Both the position numbers and the translations under genes were made by a program. A DNA stretch of 64,000 bases from Thermoanaerobaculia bacterium (lineage in GTDB: Bacteria > Acidobacteriota > Thermoanaerobaculia > Multivoradales > JAIOJS01): the NCBI GenBank assembly GCA_019911795.1, contig JAIOJS010000312.1:3864-67863 (forward strand). The letters run 5' to 3'. This document shows, piece after piece, positions 37,200 through 46,994 of this stretch; position 1 is the stretch's first letter; each line of letters begins with the position of its first letter. Under the pieces are notes generated by a model. That model was not told the origin of the DNA and did not search any database. It saw nothing but the letters and a program-made list of their open reading frames with translations.

Positions 37200-37787
37200 G
37201 TGATGAGCGAGAATCCCATCGATCTAGATCTGGAACGGGCCCGCCTTGGCGATCTCGAGGCCTTCCGCGTCTTGGTCGAGCGCCACAGTCGGGATGTCTT
37301 TGCCCTCGCATTTCGGATGACTCGGTGCGCTGACGATGCGGACGATGTGGTTCAAGAGACCTTCATGAAGGCCTGGCGCAAGCTTCCGGACTTCGAAGCG
37401 CGGGCAGCGTTCGGAAGTTGGCTCTATCGAATTGCAACCAACTGTTCTTACGACTTGCTCCGCCGTCGAAGCCGCCGGCTGCATCGAGAGACGCCCCTGG
37501 AGGTCTCGGCCGCGGGGGAGGTAGATCAGATTTCGGCTCCGGCGGGCTTGTCGCCCGAGGGGCGACTGGACATTCGACGCGACTTCGATCGCGAGCTGGG
37601 TCGCGCCCTCGAGGACCTAACGGGAGCCGAACGCACCGCTTTCGTGTTGCGCCATATCGAAGAGCGGTCGGTGGCTGAGATCGGAGAACTCCTGGGTATG
37701 AAGACCAACGCAGCGAAGCAGACCGTGTTTCGCGCCGTGCGGAAGGTGAGAAACCACCTCTCTCCGCTGATGGAGGCAACGCGATGA
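37200..37787 (+). CDS. ECF (sigma-24/sigma-70 group IV) RNA polymerase sigma factor
   Basis: Region 2 is FRVLVERHSRDVFALAFRMT...DADDVVQETFMKAWRKL...WLYRIATNCSYDLLRRR. Region 4 is RTAFVLRHIEERSVAEIGELLGMKTNAAKQTVFRA. Confidence 0.8.
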   Translation: MMSENPIDLDLERARLGDLEAFRVLVERHSRDVFALAFRMTRCADDADDVVQETFMKAWRKLPDFEARAAFGSWLYRIATNCSYDLLRRRSRRLHRETPLEVSAAGEVDQISAPAGLSPEGRLDIRRDFDRELGRALEDLTGAERTAFVLRHIEERSVAEIGELLGMKTNAAKQTVFRAVRKVRNHLSPLMEATR

Positions 37788-38563
37788 GCGAGCAAAGTGA
37801 GCACTGTAGTGAGGAAGAGTTCATGATGGCCTACTACGATGAGGCCACGGAGGCGACGCATCGACACTTGGCCGACTGCGAAGTGTGTCGTAGCGAAATG
37901 AACTCCTGGCGCCGAACCCTCGACGCGGCTCGAAAAGTCAAAGTACCCGACCCTGGTCCCGACTACGGGGCGGCCGTTTGGAATCGCATCAAGCCTCGAT
38001 TGGATTCCAGCTCTTGGGAGCGCCAAACCAGCCATCGTAGATCCTGGGGTTGGCTGGCCGCCGGACTGGCCCTGGCCGTGGCCGGTTACCTCGCCGGGAG
38101 CTGGGATCGGACCGGCACAGCGCCTCCCTCTATCGCCGAGTCGACGGTCGCTGCGGCGACTCCCGACGCGATCCTGCGATTTGCTTTGGCGCAACACCTG
38201 GAGCGCAGCGAACGACTGCTTCGCGATGTCGCCAACGTTCAGGGCGTTCGGTCGACAGACGAAGACTCCACGATCCCGGCGCGCGCCGATCGCTTGCTGG
38301 CCAACAATCGCTTGATGCGGATGGCTCTGATACAGGGGGCCGATCCGGCCCTCGGTCGCACTCTCGAGGAGCTCGAACGATGGCTGCTCGATGTGGCCCA
38401 TCTCGGTCCTAGGACCGCGTCGCTCGAGGAGGCACAGCTGCGGCTGCGGCAGCGCGGCCTTCTACTGAAACTCGACATTCTCAAAACCAAACTGGATCTG
38501 CGGAACTCACCCGGGGGACCGACCAAGCCAGCGACAGGAGACGACAATGGAATCTCGGTCTAG
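37784..38563 (+). CDS. Anti-sigma factor (zinc-finger N-domain, single TM helix)
   Basis: ATG overlaps the sigma factor stop. The HRHLADCEVCRS (HxxxCxxC) zinc-binding anti-sigma domain is followed by the TM helix WGWLAAGLALAVAGYLAGSW and a periplasmic C-terminal domain. Confidence 0.6.
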   Translation: MSEQSEHCSEEEFMMAYYDEATEATHRHLADCEVCRSEMNSWRRTLDAARKVKVPDPGPDYGAAVWNRIKPRLDSSSWERQTSHRRSWGWLAAGLALAVAGYLAGSWDRTGTAPPSIAESTVAAATPDAILRFALAQHLERSERLLRDVANVQGVRSTDEDSTIPARADRLLANNRLMRMALIQGADPALGRTLEELERWLLDVAHLGPRTASLEEAQLRLRQRGLLLKLDILKTKLDLRNSPGGPTKPATGDDNGISV

Positions 38564-40142
38564 AACTCACTTGAACTTGAATCGCATGGATCTCGCTCCG
38601 CTCTTCAGGAGGACTCTTCGAGCTCTCATGCTGGCGGCACTCTTGGCCCCAACCCTGTCCGCCGCCGCCATGGCTCCGCTAGAACCCGAGTCGCCCGCCT
38701 ACCGAGAGGGGCGTGAGGCGCTCGACAAGCGGGACTGGCGGACTGCCGAGGCGGCATTTCAGCGGGCGACCGAGATTGACGCTGAGCCGGATGGCGCTTT
38801 CTACTGGCTGGCCTACAGCCAGGCCAAACGTGGGCGAACCACGGCGGCGTTGGCAACTATCGACCAGTTGATGTTGCAGTGGCCCAAGAGCCCCTGGCGT
38901 GACGACGCTGAGGCGCTGCGCATCGAGCTTCGCGGCGGGAAGACTGTCGCCACTGGAATTGAGGGCGGCGTGGATGATGAACTCAAGCTGATGGCCCTGG
39001 CGGGCTTGGCACAGTCAGATCCTCAGCGCGCCCTTCCCATGATCGAGAAGATCCTCGCCGGACCGGGCTCCACCGAGTTGAAGGAGCAAGCTCTCTTCGT
39101 CGCCGGCCAGATGGGCGGCGAGGCGGGAGCCGAGATGCTGGTACGGGCCGCCCGAGACAGCCGCGATCCAGAGATTCAGGAGTCCGCCATCCAGTACCTC
39201 GGTGTGCTCGGCGGGGACCGGCATCTGGCGACTCTCGACGAGCTCTTTCGCAGTGATATCTCCCGTGACGCCAAGGAGTCGATCCTCGAGGCCTACATGA
39301 TCGCGGGCTCACGAGACCGGCTGTTGGCGGCTGCACGTGGCGGAAGTGATGTCGATCTGAGAGCGGAAGCCGCCCAACTTCTCGGAACCCAAGGAGCGGT
39401 CGACGAGCTGTGGCAGCTTTACCAGACGGAGTCTTCGACCGAGGTTCGAGAGTCCATTCTCCAGGGCTTCATGATCAGTGGCGACGGCCGGCATCTGCGG
39501 GAAGTGGCTCGAGACTCGAGCGACGAGGAACTCCAGCAGGAGGCGATTCAGCTGCCCGGGGTGATGGGAGAGCACGAGTTCCTGCTCGAGATTCTGGCCG
39601 AGGCTCGGAGCACCGAGGCCAAGACGGAGATCGTTGAAGCTCTGGGCATTTCGGGGCGTCTCGAGGACCTGGAGGCCTTGGCGGGCGACCGATCACAGCC
39701 GCTCGAGGTTCGGGAGGCAGCGATCGAAGGATTGGGTATTCACGGTGGAGGCGAAGTGTTGTGGAGGCTCTTCCAAACCGCCGATTCCGCCCTGAATGAG
39801 GCCCTGGTCGAGGGTCTGGCGTTGGCGGGCCAAGGCGATCGGCTTCTCTCCGTAGTCAAGGACCGCTCCCGTCCGGTGGCGGTTCGAGAAGAGGCGCTCG
39901 GGGCGCTCATCATTGTCGGTCCCGATCCCGAGGTCGTGATGGGGCTGTATAGGGACCTCGAAGAGCACTCGCTGCGCGAGGGGGCTTTGGAACTGCTGTT
40001 TACCCGTGGAGCTGCGGAAGAGCTCATCACCATCGTGCGCACTGAGACCGACCCGGGGCTTCGAGCAGCGGCCGTGCAGTTCTTGGGTCTGACCGGATCG
40101 CCGCTCGCTGCGGATGTCCTGGAATCCATTCTCACCGAGTGA
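38547..40142 (+). CDS. Secreted HEAT/PBS-lyase-repeat protein with TPR-like N-terminus
   Basis: Signal peptide LRALMLAALLAPTLSAAAMA. There are multiple ~30-aa repeats of the form ...D.EV/IRE.A...LG..G (DPEIQESAIQYLGVLGG, SSTEVRESILQGFMISGD, PLEVREAAIEGLGIHGGG, VAVREEALGALIIVG). Confidence 0.6.
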   Translation: MESRSRTHLNLNRMDLAPLFRRTLRALMLAALLAPTLSAAAMAPLEPESPAYREGREALDKRDWRTAEAAFQRATEIDAEPDGAFYWLAYSQAKRGRTTAALATIDQLMLQWPKSPWRDDAEALRIELRGGKTVATGIEGGVDDELKLMALAGLAQSDPQRALPMIEKILAGPGSTELKEQALFVAGQMGGEAGAEMLVRAARDSRDPEIQESAIQYLGVLGGDRHLATLDELFRSDISRDAKESILEAYMIAGSRDRLLAAARGGSDVDLRAEAAQLLGTQGAVDELWQLYQTESSTEVRESILQGFMISGDGRHLREVARDSSDEELQQEAIQLPGVMGEHEFLLEILAEARSTEAKTEIVEALGISGRLEDLEALAGDRSQPLEVREAAIEGLGIHGGGEVLWRLFQTADSALNEALVEGLALAGQGDRLLSVVKDRSRPVAVREEALGALIIVGPDPEVVMGLYRDLEEHSLREGALELLFTRGAAEELITIVRTETDPGLRAAAVQFLGLTGSPLAADVLESILTE

Positions 40143-40187
40143 TGGAACCGTACGAGTAGATCTGACCGTGATCGAGAAGGAGAACTG

Positions 40188-41204
40188 ATGAAGAAGAAAC
40201 GATGGATCGCAGTGGCCTTGGCTTTGATCTCGACGGCATCGTGGGCGAGCAACGGATTCGAGATCGAGGGCTCGCCCCGCGAACGCGATGTGGAGTCTTT
40301 GGAGACGGCCTGGGTCGAAGTCTCCGCAAGCCGAGGTCCGTTGTGGATCGCTTGGGTAGTCGATGCGACGCCGCGGAATGGAACCGACAGCCGCTGCCGG
40401 CTGGAGCTTGGCGAGGGTCAGATGCATTGGAGAGGTGGTTCGGGAGTCGTCACCGACAATTCGCGCGCCATGATCTTCTTGGAGCTTCGGGACGGCCGTC
40501 TGCGCGACATCACCGTGGTGCGTGGTGATTGCCAGATCGACGCTCGGGGTGTCGACCTGGAACTCTGGCGCGGAGCTTCTACGGCGGCTACCTTCGAGCT
40601 TCTCGAACGCATAGCCCTCGGGTCTTCCGACGCCGAACTGCGGGAGGAAGGACTGGCGGCAGTGGCGATTCTCCGTCTCTCACAAGTCGATGCTCTCCTC
40701 GAGCGCTTGGCCACGGACGACCGCAGCGAGGACGTGCGACACGCGGCTCTCTTCTGGCTGGGGGAGGCGCGCGAGACGGCGGGGTTCTTGGCTCTACGTA
40801 GGTTGGAGGAGAGAGTGCCGGAGGAAGACTTGGAGGAGGCCTTGGTTTTTGCGTACTCCGTGAATGAGGATCCAAGGTCGGTTCAGCGGCTTCTAGAGCT
40901 AGCGCGCGGGCACCAATCGGCGGCGATTCGTGGGTCCGCTCTCTTCTGGGTGGCACAGGAAGCGGGTGAAGTCGCCACCGCGACTTTGGAGCGGGCGGTG
41001 GTGGAAGATCCGGACCGCGAGGTCCGTGAACAGGCAGTCTTCGGACTCAGTCAGTTGCCGGCCGAACGCGGTGTTCCGGCCCTCATCAAGGTAGCGAGAA
41101 CCCATCGGGACCCGGAGGTTCGCGAGGCAGCCTTCTTTTGGTTGGGCCAGAGCAATGATCCGCGGGCTCTCGATCTCTTCGCCGAAGTCCTAGGCGTCCG
41201 CTAG
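40188..41204 (+). CDS. Secreted HEAT-repeat protein (second copy)
   Basis: Signal peptide MKKKRWIAVALALISTASWA. HEAT/PBS-type repeats include DVRHAALFWLGEAR, AAIRGSALFWVAQEAG, REVREQAVFGLSQL and PEVREAAFFWLGQSNDPRALDL. Confidence 0.6.
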   Translation: MKKKRWIAVALALISTASWASNGFEIEGSPRERDVESLETAWVEVSASRGPLWIAWVVDATPRNGTDSRCRLELGEGQMHWRGGSGVVTDNSRAMIFLELRDGRLRDITVVRGDCQIDARGVDLELWRGASTAATFELLERIALGSSDAELREEGLAAVAILRLSQVDALLERLATDDRSEDVRHAALFWLGEARETAGFLALRRLEERVPEEDLEEALVFAYSVNEDPRSVQRLLELARGHQSAAIRGSALFWVAQEAGEVATATLERAVVEDPDREVREQAVFGLSQLPAERGVPALIKVARTHRDPEVREAAFFWLGQSNDPRALDLFAEVLGVR

Positions 41205-41252
41205 AAGCTGGACCTCGAACCGCCTCGGCTCGCTTCGAAGCGGTGGGTGCGA

Positions 41253-43997
41253 TCAACCCCCTGGGTTCTCTTCTGAAGGAAGGACGAAGCCGGCTTTGCG
41301 GGAGAGCTCGAGAAACCCGCGGTGGGCCCACTGGCGGGTGAGTAGGGCCTCGGCGAGCGGCCGAGCCTCCTCGAGACGATCTAGGGCAACCAACGCACGA
41401 ACGCGAGTGTCGAGGAGGTACAGGTGGTCTGAATCGATCGTCGCCACCTCGGTGACCTCGACGCAACGCTGCCAGGCAGCGATGGCATCTCCGCCGACTT
41501 TCGACCTCGCATTGGCAAGTTGGAGGTAGGCCAGGGCCAGAATGTAGCGACGCTCGAAATTCTCGGGGTCGGCGGCGCTACGTTCCTCCATCTCCGGAAG
41601 GACAGCTTCGACTTGCCGGATCGCCTGCTCTGGGTGCCCGGCAGCCACCAGGGTTTCGGCGATCAGGCCCTGCTGAAAGGCGGTGCTGTCGATCAGGAAG
41701 GACTTCTCTGGATGGTTCATCACGTCGACTGCGAACATCGCTTCAGCGCGCCGATGGAGAGCGAGGGCTTCGTCGTAGCGCTCGAGGTCAGTCAGGGTGA
41801 CCGCTTCCCGGAAGACTATCCCGGCGAGAGTGCCTGGCCCGAGGACCGTCCCTTCGGCCACCAGGCGTTCGCCCTGCAAGCGGGCTTCCCGAAAGAGACC
41901 GGCGGCGCCTTCGAGGTCCCCTTGGTCGTAGCGAACGATGGCGGTGTTGTCGAGAGCGTTCAGGAGAACTTCCAGCGCGCCATCCTCGTCAGGATGTTCC
42001 CGCAGACGAAGGCGGGCCTGGTCAGCGACATCCCTGTTGGTGGCAAGCGCGTCTTCCTGGCGGCCACTGTCGGCTAGGGCAATGCCGAGACCCAAGAGGG
42101 CTTGGCTTCTTTCGGTCCACGTCAAGGCATCGAAGGGGGCGGTGTCGTCGAGACGGTCGAAGTCGGCCAGAGCCTGCCGGTAGGCCTCGATCGCGGACTC
42201 CTTGTTGCCTTGGAGATGAAGCACCTGGCCGACGGCGGCTGAAGTACGGGCGCGACTGAGTCGCTCGCCGGGGGCCAGTTCCTCGTTGCGTCGAGTTTGG
42301 TAGTGCTCGTGCACGCGCTGGGCCAGAGGGGAAAGAAGGTCGGTGCGTTCCGATGAAACGAGATTCTCCCACAGGTTCGTGATCATGAAGTCAGCGAGCT
42401 CCTCAGCTCTCTTTCGCTCCTTGAGAGCGCTATCTCTCTCGTTCCGCAGACGTTCGGATGCGAGACTCTGCTCGTTGAGATAAAACAGTGCGCCCACGGC
42501 GAGCAGCGCGGTCAGGATCGAGGATGCCACTAGGGCTAGCCGCCGCTGTCGATGGCGGCGCCGAGTCTCATCCTCAGCTGTGTTCAGTCGCTCGCGGAGG
42601 ATTTCGCGGTCGGCGCTTGGCTCCATCGTTTCGAAGTGCAGTCGGGCCAGTCGGAGGTCGCCCTGCACGAGTGCGGCGGCAACATAAGAAGCCAGAACTC
42701 GCACCCTGAGGCCGGCCTCCTCGGGGTTGTCCGGCCACAACCCCTGAGCCCGCTCGAGGTCGGCGAGGGCTTCCGCGTGGGCAGCGTAGCCGTCGCCGAG
42801 CTGCCGAAGGCGAGTCGAGACCTTTGCCGTCAGGCGAAGTGAGTCCGCCTGGCGCGACGCTCGGTCGAGGTACGCTTCGATCTCCCCGACGAAGTAGGCG
42901 AGATCGTGCAGTCGGTCCTCGATGCTAGGAACGAGAGCGGACTGGGCGAGAAGAGACAGTTCAGCCGGGATCGGTGCGCCTGGAGATCTCAGCTCGGGAG
43001 CCTCGACGTGGCCGTCGGACGCTAACTCAAAGGCTGCGGCGGAGGACTCGGCGGCGTGGGGAGGAGATCCGGTAAGAAGGTAGTAGAGGGTGCCACCCAG
43101 GAGGTAGATGTCGGTCCAGGGTCCGACCCTCGTCGCGGTAGGTAGGGTCTGCTCGGGAGCCATGAAGACTGGAGTTCCGGCGGGCGAAGAGGCGGTCGCT
43201 GGGCTGGGGAGCTCGGTCTCCCGGGCACCTTCCGGGATCTCGACTTCCGTCCGGTCGAAGGAAAGGGCGAGTCCCCAGTCCATCAGAAGGACCTCGCCGA
43301 ACGACCCGACCATGACCTGAGAGGGCTTGAGGTCTCGGTGAAGGACGCCTCGAGAGTGGGCGAAGGCGATCGCCTTGACCACTTGCACAAGGACCGGGAG
43401 GTGCTGCGCGAGGAGGTCGCTGAGGGGGTGCGAGCGCGACTCCCTGATCAGCTGACTCCAGGGTCGACCCCGGACCAGCTTCATGGCGAGGAGGGGGCGA
43501 CCCTCGTCGTCGTAGTCCAGGTTGTAGACGGGGAGGATATTGGGGTGTTCGAGTCGGGCAGCCGTCAGGGCTTCGAGTCGAAACTGCTGAAGCCGCGGGG
43601 GACCGGATCGGGAGTGAGCTTCTGGAACCTCTTCGGTGGTGGGCAGTTTGACGGCGACCTCGCGTTGCAGCGAGATCTGCCAGGCATTCCAGACCTCTCC
43701 GAAACCGCCGGTGGCGATCCGCTCGATGAGCCTCAGGTCCTTGGAGCCGCGGGATGTCGTTGGCGATGCCACATCCCCCTCGGGAAGGGTGGGACTTTCG
43801 CTCTCAGAGAGCTCCGTCTGGGATCGCTCGGCCCTGGGTGAGAGGTAGCCGAGGATGGTCTCGGGTTCGACGGTGCCTCCGGCTGGCCCGGACTCGTTCC
43901 TTCTCTCTGAGGGTGCCTGGCTGCGACGCGGGTCGTAGGACAGAGCTGGGTCCTCAGGTAGGGAGGCCGGGGGCTCTCGTTCTGGCCGATGATTCAT
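41253..43997 (-). CDS. Ser/Thr protein kinase with a single TM helix and a long C-terminal TPR-repeat region
   Basis: The kinase core is RIATGGFGEVWNAW...VAVKL...HPNILPVYNL...HSRGVLHRDLKPSQVMV...DWGLA...APEQ. The TM helix is RRLALVASSILTALLAVGALFYL. There are >10 TPR-like helical repeats. I placed the start at Met MNHRPEREPP (43997). The track ORF runs to 44432 through a low-complexity region containing a C9 tract. Confidence 0.65.
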   Translation of the reverse strand: MNHRPEREPPASLPEDPALSYDPRRSQAPSERRNESGPAGGTVEPETILGYLSPRAERSQTELSESESPTLPEGDVASPTTSRGSKDLRLIERIATGGFGEVWNAWQISLQREVAVKLPTTEEVPEAHSRSGPPRLQQFRLEALTAARLEHPNILPVYNLDYDDEGRPLLAMKLVRGRPWSQLIRESRSHPLSDLLAQHLPVLVQVVKAIAFAHSRGVLHRDLKPSQVMVGSFGEVLLMDWGLALSFDRTEVEIPEGARETELPSPATASSPAGTPVFMAPEQTLPTATRVGPWTDIYLLGGTLYYLLTGSPPHAAESSAAAFELASDGHVEAPELRSPGAPIPAELSLLAQSALVPSIEDRLHDLAYFVGEIEAYLDRASRQADSLRLTAKVSTRLRQLGDGYAAHAEALADLERAQGLWPDNPEEAGLRVRVLASYVAAALVQGDLRLARLHFETMEPSADREILRERLNTAEDETRRRHRQRRLALVASSILTALLAVGALFYLNEQSLASERLRNERDSALKERKRAEELADFMITNLWENLVSSERTDLLSPLAQRVHEHYQTRRNEELAPGERLSRARTSAAVGQVLHLQGNKESAIEAYRQALADFDRLDDTAPFDALTWTERSQALLGLGIALADSGRQEDALATNRDVADQARLRLREHPDEDGALEVLLNALDNTAIVRYDQGDLEGAAGLFREARLQGERLVAEGTVLGPGTLAGIVFREAVTLTDLERYDEALALHRRAEAMFAVDVMNHPEKSFLIDSTAFQQGLIAETLVAAGHPEQAIRQVEAVLPEMEERSAADPENFERRYILALAYLQLANARSKVGGDAIAAWQRCVEVTEVATIDSDHLYLLDTRVRALVALDRLEEARPLAEALLTRQWAHRGFLELSRKAGFVLPSEENPGG

Positions 43998-44117
43998 GGG
44001 GGCTCGCGGATTCCCATCGAGTTCCGAGGCAATTTGCGGCGGTGTCGGAACTGAGACACCGAATGTGCTTTTGCGACGTAGTATCGATGATAGCAGCCCC
44101 TCTAGGCGTTGCCCTTT

Positions 44118-44126
44118 GGGGGGGGG
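44118..44126. repeat. G9 (C9 on the coding strand) homopolymer tract upstream of or within the 5' region of the kinase-TPR gene
   Basis: Seen directly: ccctttGGGGGGGGGccagcc. Confidence 0.5.
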
Positions 44127-44397
44127 CCAGCCGCTGCCTTGGAAGCACAGATGTGGCTTCGCAGCCCTCACGACAAATAGCGGGGAGGCGGGGGACAGGC
44201 GGTTTTCGCGCCAATCGCTGCCCGATGGGCTGGTTCGGTTACAATGATAGGGCCTTGGCGGTTCATCCACTGGGGCTGAGCGGGGCGCGGGGATCGAGGA
44301 ACGGTACTGGAGCCCAGGTTCTTGCTGGACGTCTCCAGGGGAGTTTCGGTGATTGTCCACCCCGAGTCCATCCTTCCAACTCCGGTGAGCAAGGGCA

Positions 44398-45147
44398 ATG
44401 AAATTGGCGGAACCCGGCGACCAGGGCGACAAGGTCGTTGAAGCACTCGGTCAACTGAAGTCGCTTCTCGATGACGCTGGGCAACTCGCCCAGGTTCTCG
44501 AATCGAGCGCGAAGTTGGTCGTGCCTCGCCCCGCCAATGCGAGCCAGGTCGAGGCACTGGAGACGCGGTTGAGGGCGGCCGAGAACGATCAGGAGGAGCT
44601 CATCGCTCAGCTCATCGAGGCCGAACGGCAGGCGGGGAAACTGACTAGTCTCTATGTCGCTACCTATCAGCTGCACGTCAGTCTCGACCCGCGCGAGGTT
44701 CAGAGTGCGATCGCCGAGATCACCCGAGATCTACTCGGAGCGGCCAGCTTCGTTCTTCTCATCAAGGAGGAGAACGAGGGTGAGTGTGAAGTTGCGTTGT
44801 CCTTCGGCGTCGACGACGCTACCTCGCGATTCGCCGATGGGACATACCGTGGAGGCGATTCTCTCGTCGATGCGACCCTGACTGATGGCCTGCTTCGTCT
44901 CGAACCGGAGCCCAATTCCGAGGCGACGGCGGTGGTCCCGCTGAGAGTCGAGGATTCGATCGTGGGTGCGCTCGTTATTCTCCGCATGCTCGGCCACAAA
45001 TCAACCCCCCTTTCCGAGGACCGAGACATCCTGGAGCTGTTGGCAGCCCATGCAGCATCGGCCCTTTTCGCCGCAAGGGTCTATTCGCGAACCGACCGCA
45101 AGTTGAAGACGCTACAGGGCCTCGTCAACCTCATTCGCGGTACCTAG
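44398..45147 (+). CDS. Coiled-coil + GAF-domain protein
   Basis: The N-terminus has ~90 aa of heptad-like repeats. A GAF-like fold follows (SLDPREVQSAIAEITRDLLGAASFVLLI...AVVPLRVEDSIVGALVIL). Confidence 0.45.
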   Translation: MKLAEPGDQGDKVVEALGQLKSLLDDAGQLAQVLESSAKLVVPRPANASQVEALETRLRAAENDQEELIAQLIEAERQAGKLTSLYVATYQLHVSLDPREVQSAIAEITRDLLGAASFVLLIKEENEGECEVALSFGVDDATSRFADGTYRGGDSLVDATLTDGLLRLEPEPNSEATAVVPLRVEDSIVGALVILRMLGHKSTPLSEDRDILELLAAHAASALFAARVYSRTDRKLKTLQGLVNLIRGT

Positions 45148-45246
45148 CGTGAGTAGGATGGCCCAGCTGGTGCGTTGGGAGTTTGGCTGCCATCGCTCCC
45201 GATCGTTGCAGCGGAGTCACTCTCGTAGGCGCGAAAGGCGGCCAGC

Positions 45247-46902
45247 TTGAGCCTGGCGGGACGCCTAGAGGATGTGCCCCTCTCCGACGTTATGCAGTTT
45301 GTCCACCTCGGAAGGCGATCCGGCACGCTGTCGGTAGAGCAAGGTGAGCGCGGCGCCCAGATCCTCTTCCATCTGGGAGCGATTGTCGGAGCCCATCTGG
45401 TTCCGGGCGCGCGGATCGGCGAGTACCTGATCGAGATGGGGGTGCTGCCGGTCCCCACCCGTGACCGAGCCTTGGCGCACCAGGCCGAGGAGGCTCACGA
45501 CCGCACCCTCGGGCAGGTGCTTTTGGACTGGGAGGCGATCGATCTCGACCAGGTGCGAGCAGCCATTCGCCTTCAGATCGAACGCACGATCTATGAGGTC
45601 GTGACCTGGAGTTTCGGCACTTTCGAGTTCTCCCTCGACCGACTCGATCCGGTGGATGACATTGCCTTTCTTCCCGAAGACCTTCTACCGACGCTCGACC
45701 TCAATACCCAAATGGTGCTCCTGGAGGCCGCGAGGATCTTCGATGAGCGCAGTCTGGACGAGGGCGGTCTCGAGGGAGCTAGCTTCGAGAACCGTCTGAC
45801 AGGCACTTCGGCGGTGGAACCGTTTTCGACGTTCTCGCAGCATCGGTCCGATCAGGCGGCCGACCTTTTCGACGATACGCATCCGGGTTTTCACTTCGAA
45901 GAGGACGAAGCAGCCTTGGGATCGGACGGGGACGAGGATGGAGAGGCCGAGCTTCTCGACACGGCTGACCACAGCGTCACCGGCCGCCCTGCTCTCCTCT
46001 TCGTGTCGGCGGGGGGAGATCTGTTGGAACGAGCCCGGGAGGTCTTCGAGACTTCCGGAGAGGAACTCGAACCCTTACCCCACGACATCGCGGCCGGCGA
46101 AATGTCGAGCCGGGCTATCGTGGCCTTCGAGTACGTCGAAGGGGTGACGTCCTTGGCGGGTCTGGCAGAGATCTGCAGTGGGAATCCCGGCCTCACCGTT
46201 ATTTGCGTCCTCGAGGATGTCGCTCGTACTGCTGATGCCTACATGGCGGGAGCCGCGGCAGTCGTCCCTCCCGAGCCCCATGCGATCCTCGGCTGCTTCC
46301 GCAGTCTCACCAAGTTCCGGCGTCTCGCCTCTCCAACCGCTAACCCGACTACCCCCTACGGATTCGAGAAGCTGCGGCGGGTTGTCTCCGAACTGCGATC
46401 TGGCGTGTTCTCGGCGAGCGTGGCTCTGAGTCTGATGAAGGTGATCAGCGAGTCGGTGGAACGCGCTGTTCTCTTTCTGGTGCAGAAAGATGTGCTGGTC
46501 GCGGTCGGAGCGTTTGGTTTCGACGGCGAACGGCGTCCTCTCGCCCAGCGGACTCGGGGATTGAGGCTTCAGTTGCCGGGGGGCGATGGTCTGTCGAGGG
46601 CGATCGAAGCGGGGCGGGCGACGACCCTGGGCTTCGAGGAGGCTGCGCTACCTGCTGCCCTGGCTCGTGTGATCGGCCGGCCGGTACACGAGGAGATCGT
46701 TATCTTCCCGGTGCTCGGCACCGACCGAGTGATCCTGGTGGTCTACACCGACAACGGGACGGTGGATCGACCGATCGAGGAGGTCGATATTCTCGACCTG
46801 GCCGCGGCAGAGGTCGGTATTGCCTTCGAGAACGAGGTGCTGCGTCGGCAGCTCTCGGAAGGCTCAGGCAGTCGTGACCTGTCGGCTCTGACAGAGCCCT
46901 AG
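45247..46902 (+). CDS. DUF4388-domain protein (second paralog) with C-terminal GAF-like region
   Basis: TTG start in the track. GRLEDVPLSDVMQFVHLGRRSGTLSVEQGERGAQILFHLGAIVGA matches the DUF4388 'G.L....L.D.LQ....G..G.L.V' pattern. The C-terminal part has GAF-like motifs (LFLVQKDVLVAVGAFG...). Confidence 0.5.
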   Translation: MSLAGRLEDVPLSDVMQFVHLGRRSGTLSVEQGERGAQILFHLGAIVGAHLVPGARIGEYLIEMGVLPVPTRDRALAHQAEEAHDRTLGQVLLDWEAIDLDQVRAAIRLQIERTIYEVVTWSFGTFEFSLDRLDPVDDIAFLPEDLLPTLDLNTQMVLLEAARIFDERSLDEGGLEGASFENRLTGTSAVEPFSTFSQHRSDQAADLFDDTHPGFHFEEDEAALGSDGDEDGEAELLDTADHSVTGRPALLFVSAGGDLLERAREVFETSGEELEPLPHDIAAGEMSSRAIVAFEYVEGVTSLAGLAEICSGNPGLTVICVLEDVARTADAYMAGAAAVVPPEPHAILGCFRSLTKFRRLASPTANPTTPYGFEKLRRVVSELRSGVFSASVALSLMKVISESVERAVLFLVQKDVLVAVGAFGFDGERRPLAQRTRGLRLQLPGGDGLSRAIEAGRATTLGFEEAALPAALARVIGRPVHEEIVIFPVLGTDRVILVVYTDNGTVDRPIEEVDILDLAAAEVGIAFENEVLRRQLSEGSGSRDLSALTEP

Positions 46903-46994
46903 GCCCCTTCCCCAGCGATCGCTCGGAGGGTGCACGAGGTGGGCTAGGATGGGAGAGCGATAAGTCGAGTGCACCAGCATCAAGGAGCCCGCGA

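Noticed and set aside
43998-44432. 5' extension of the kinase-TPR ORF to 44432
   Set aside because: The extension is low-complexity and Pro/Ser-rich, crosses a C9 tract, and precedes the conserved kinase N-lobe by more than 240 residues. Met at 43997 is more plausible, but a longer N-terminus cannot be excluded.
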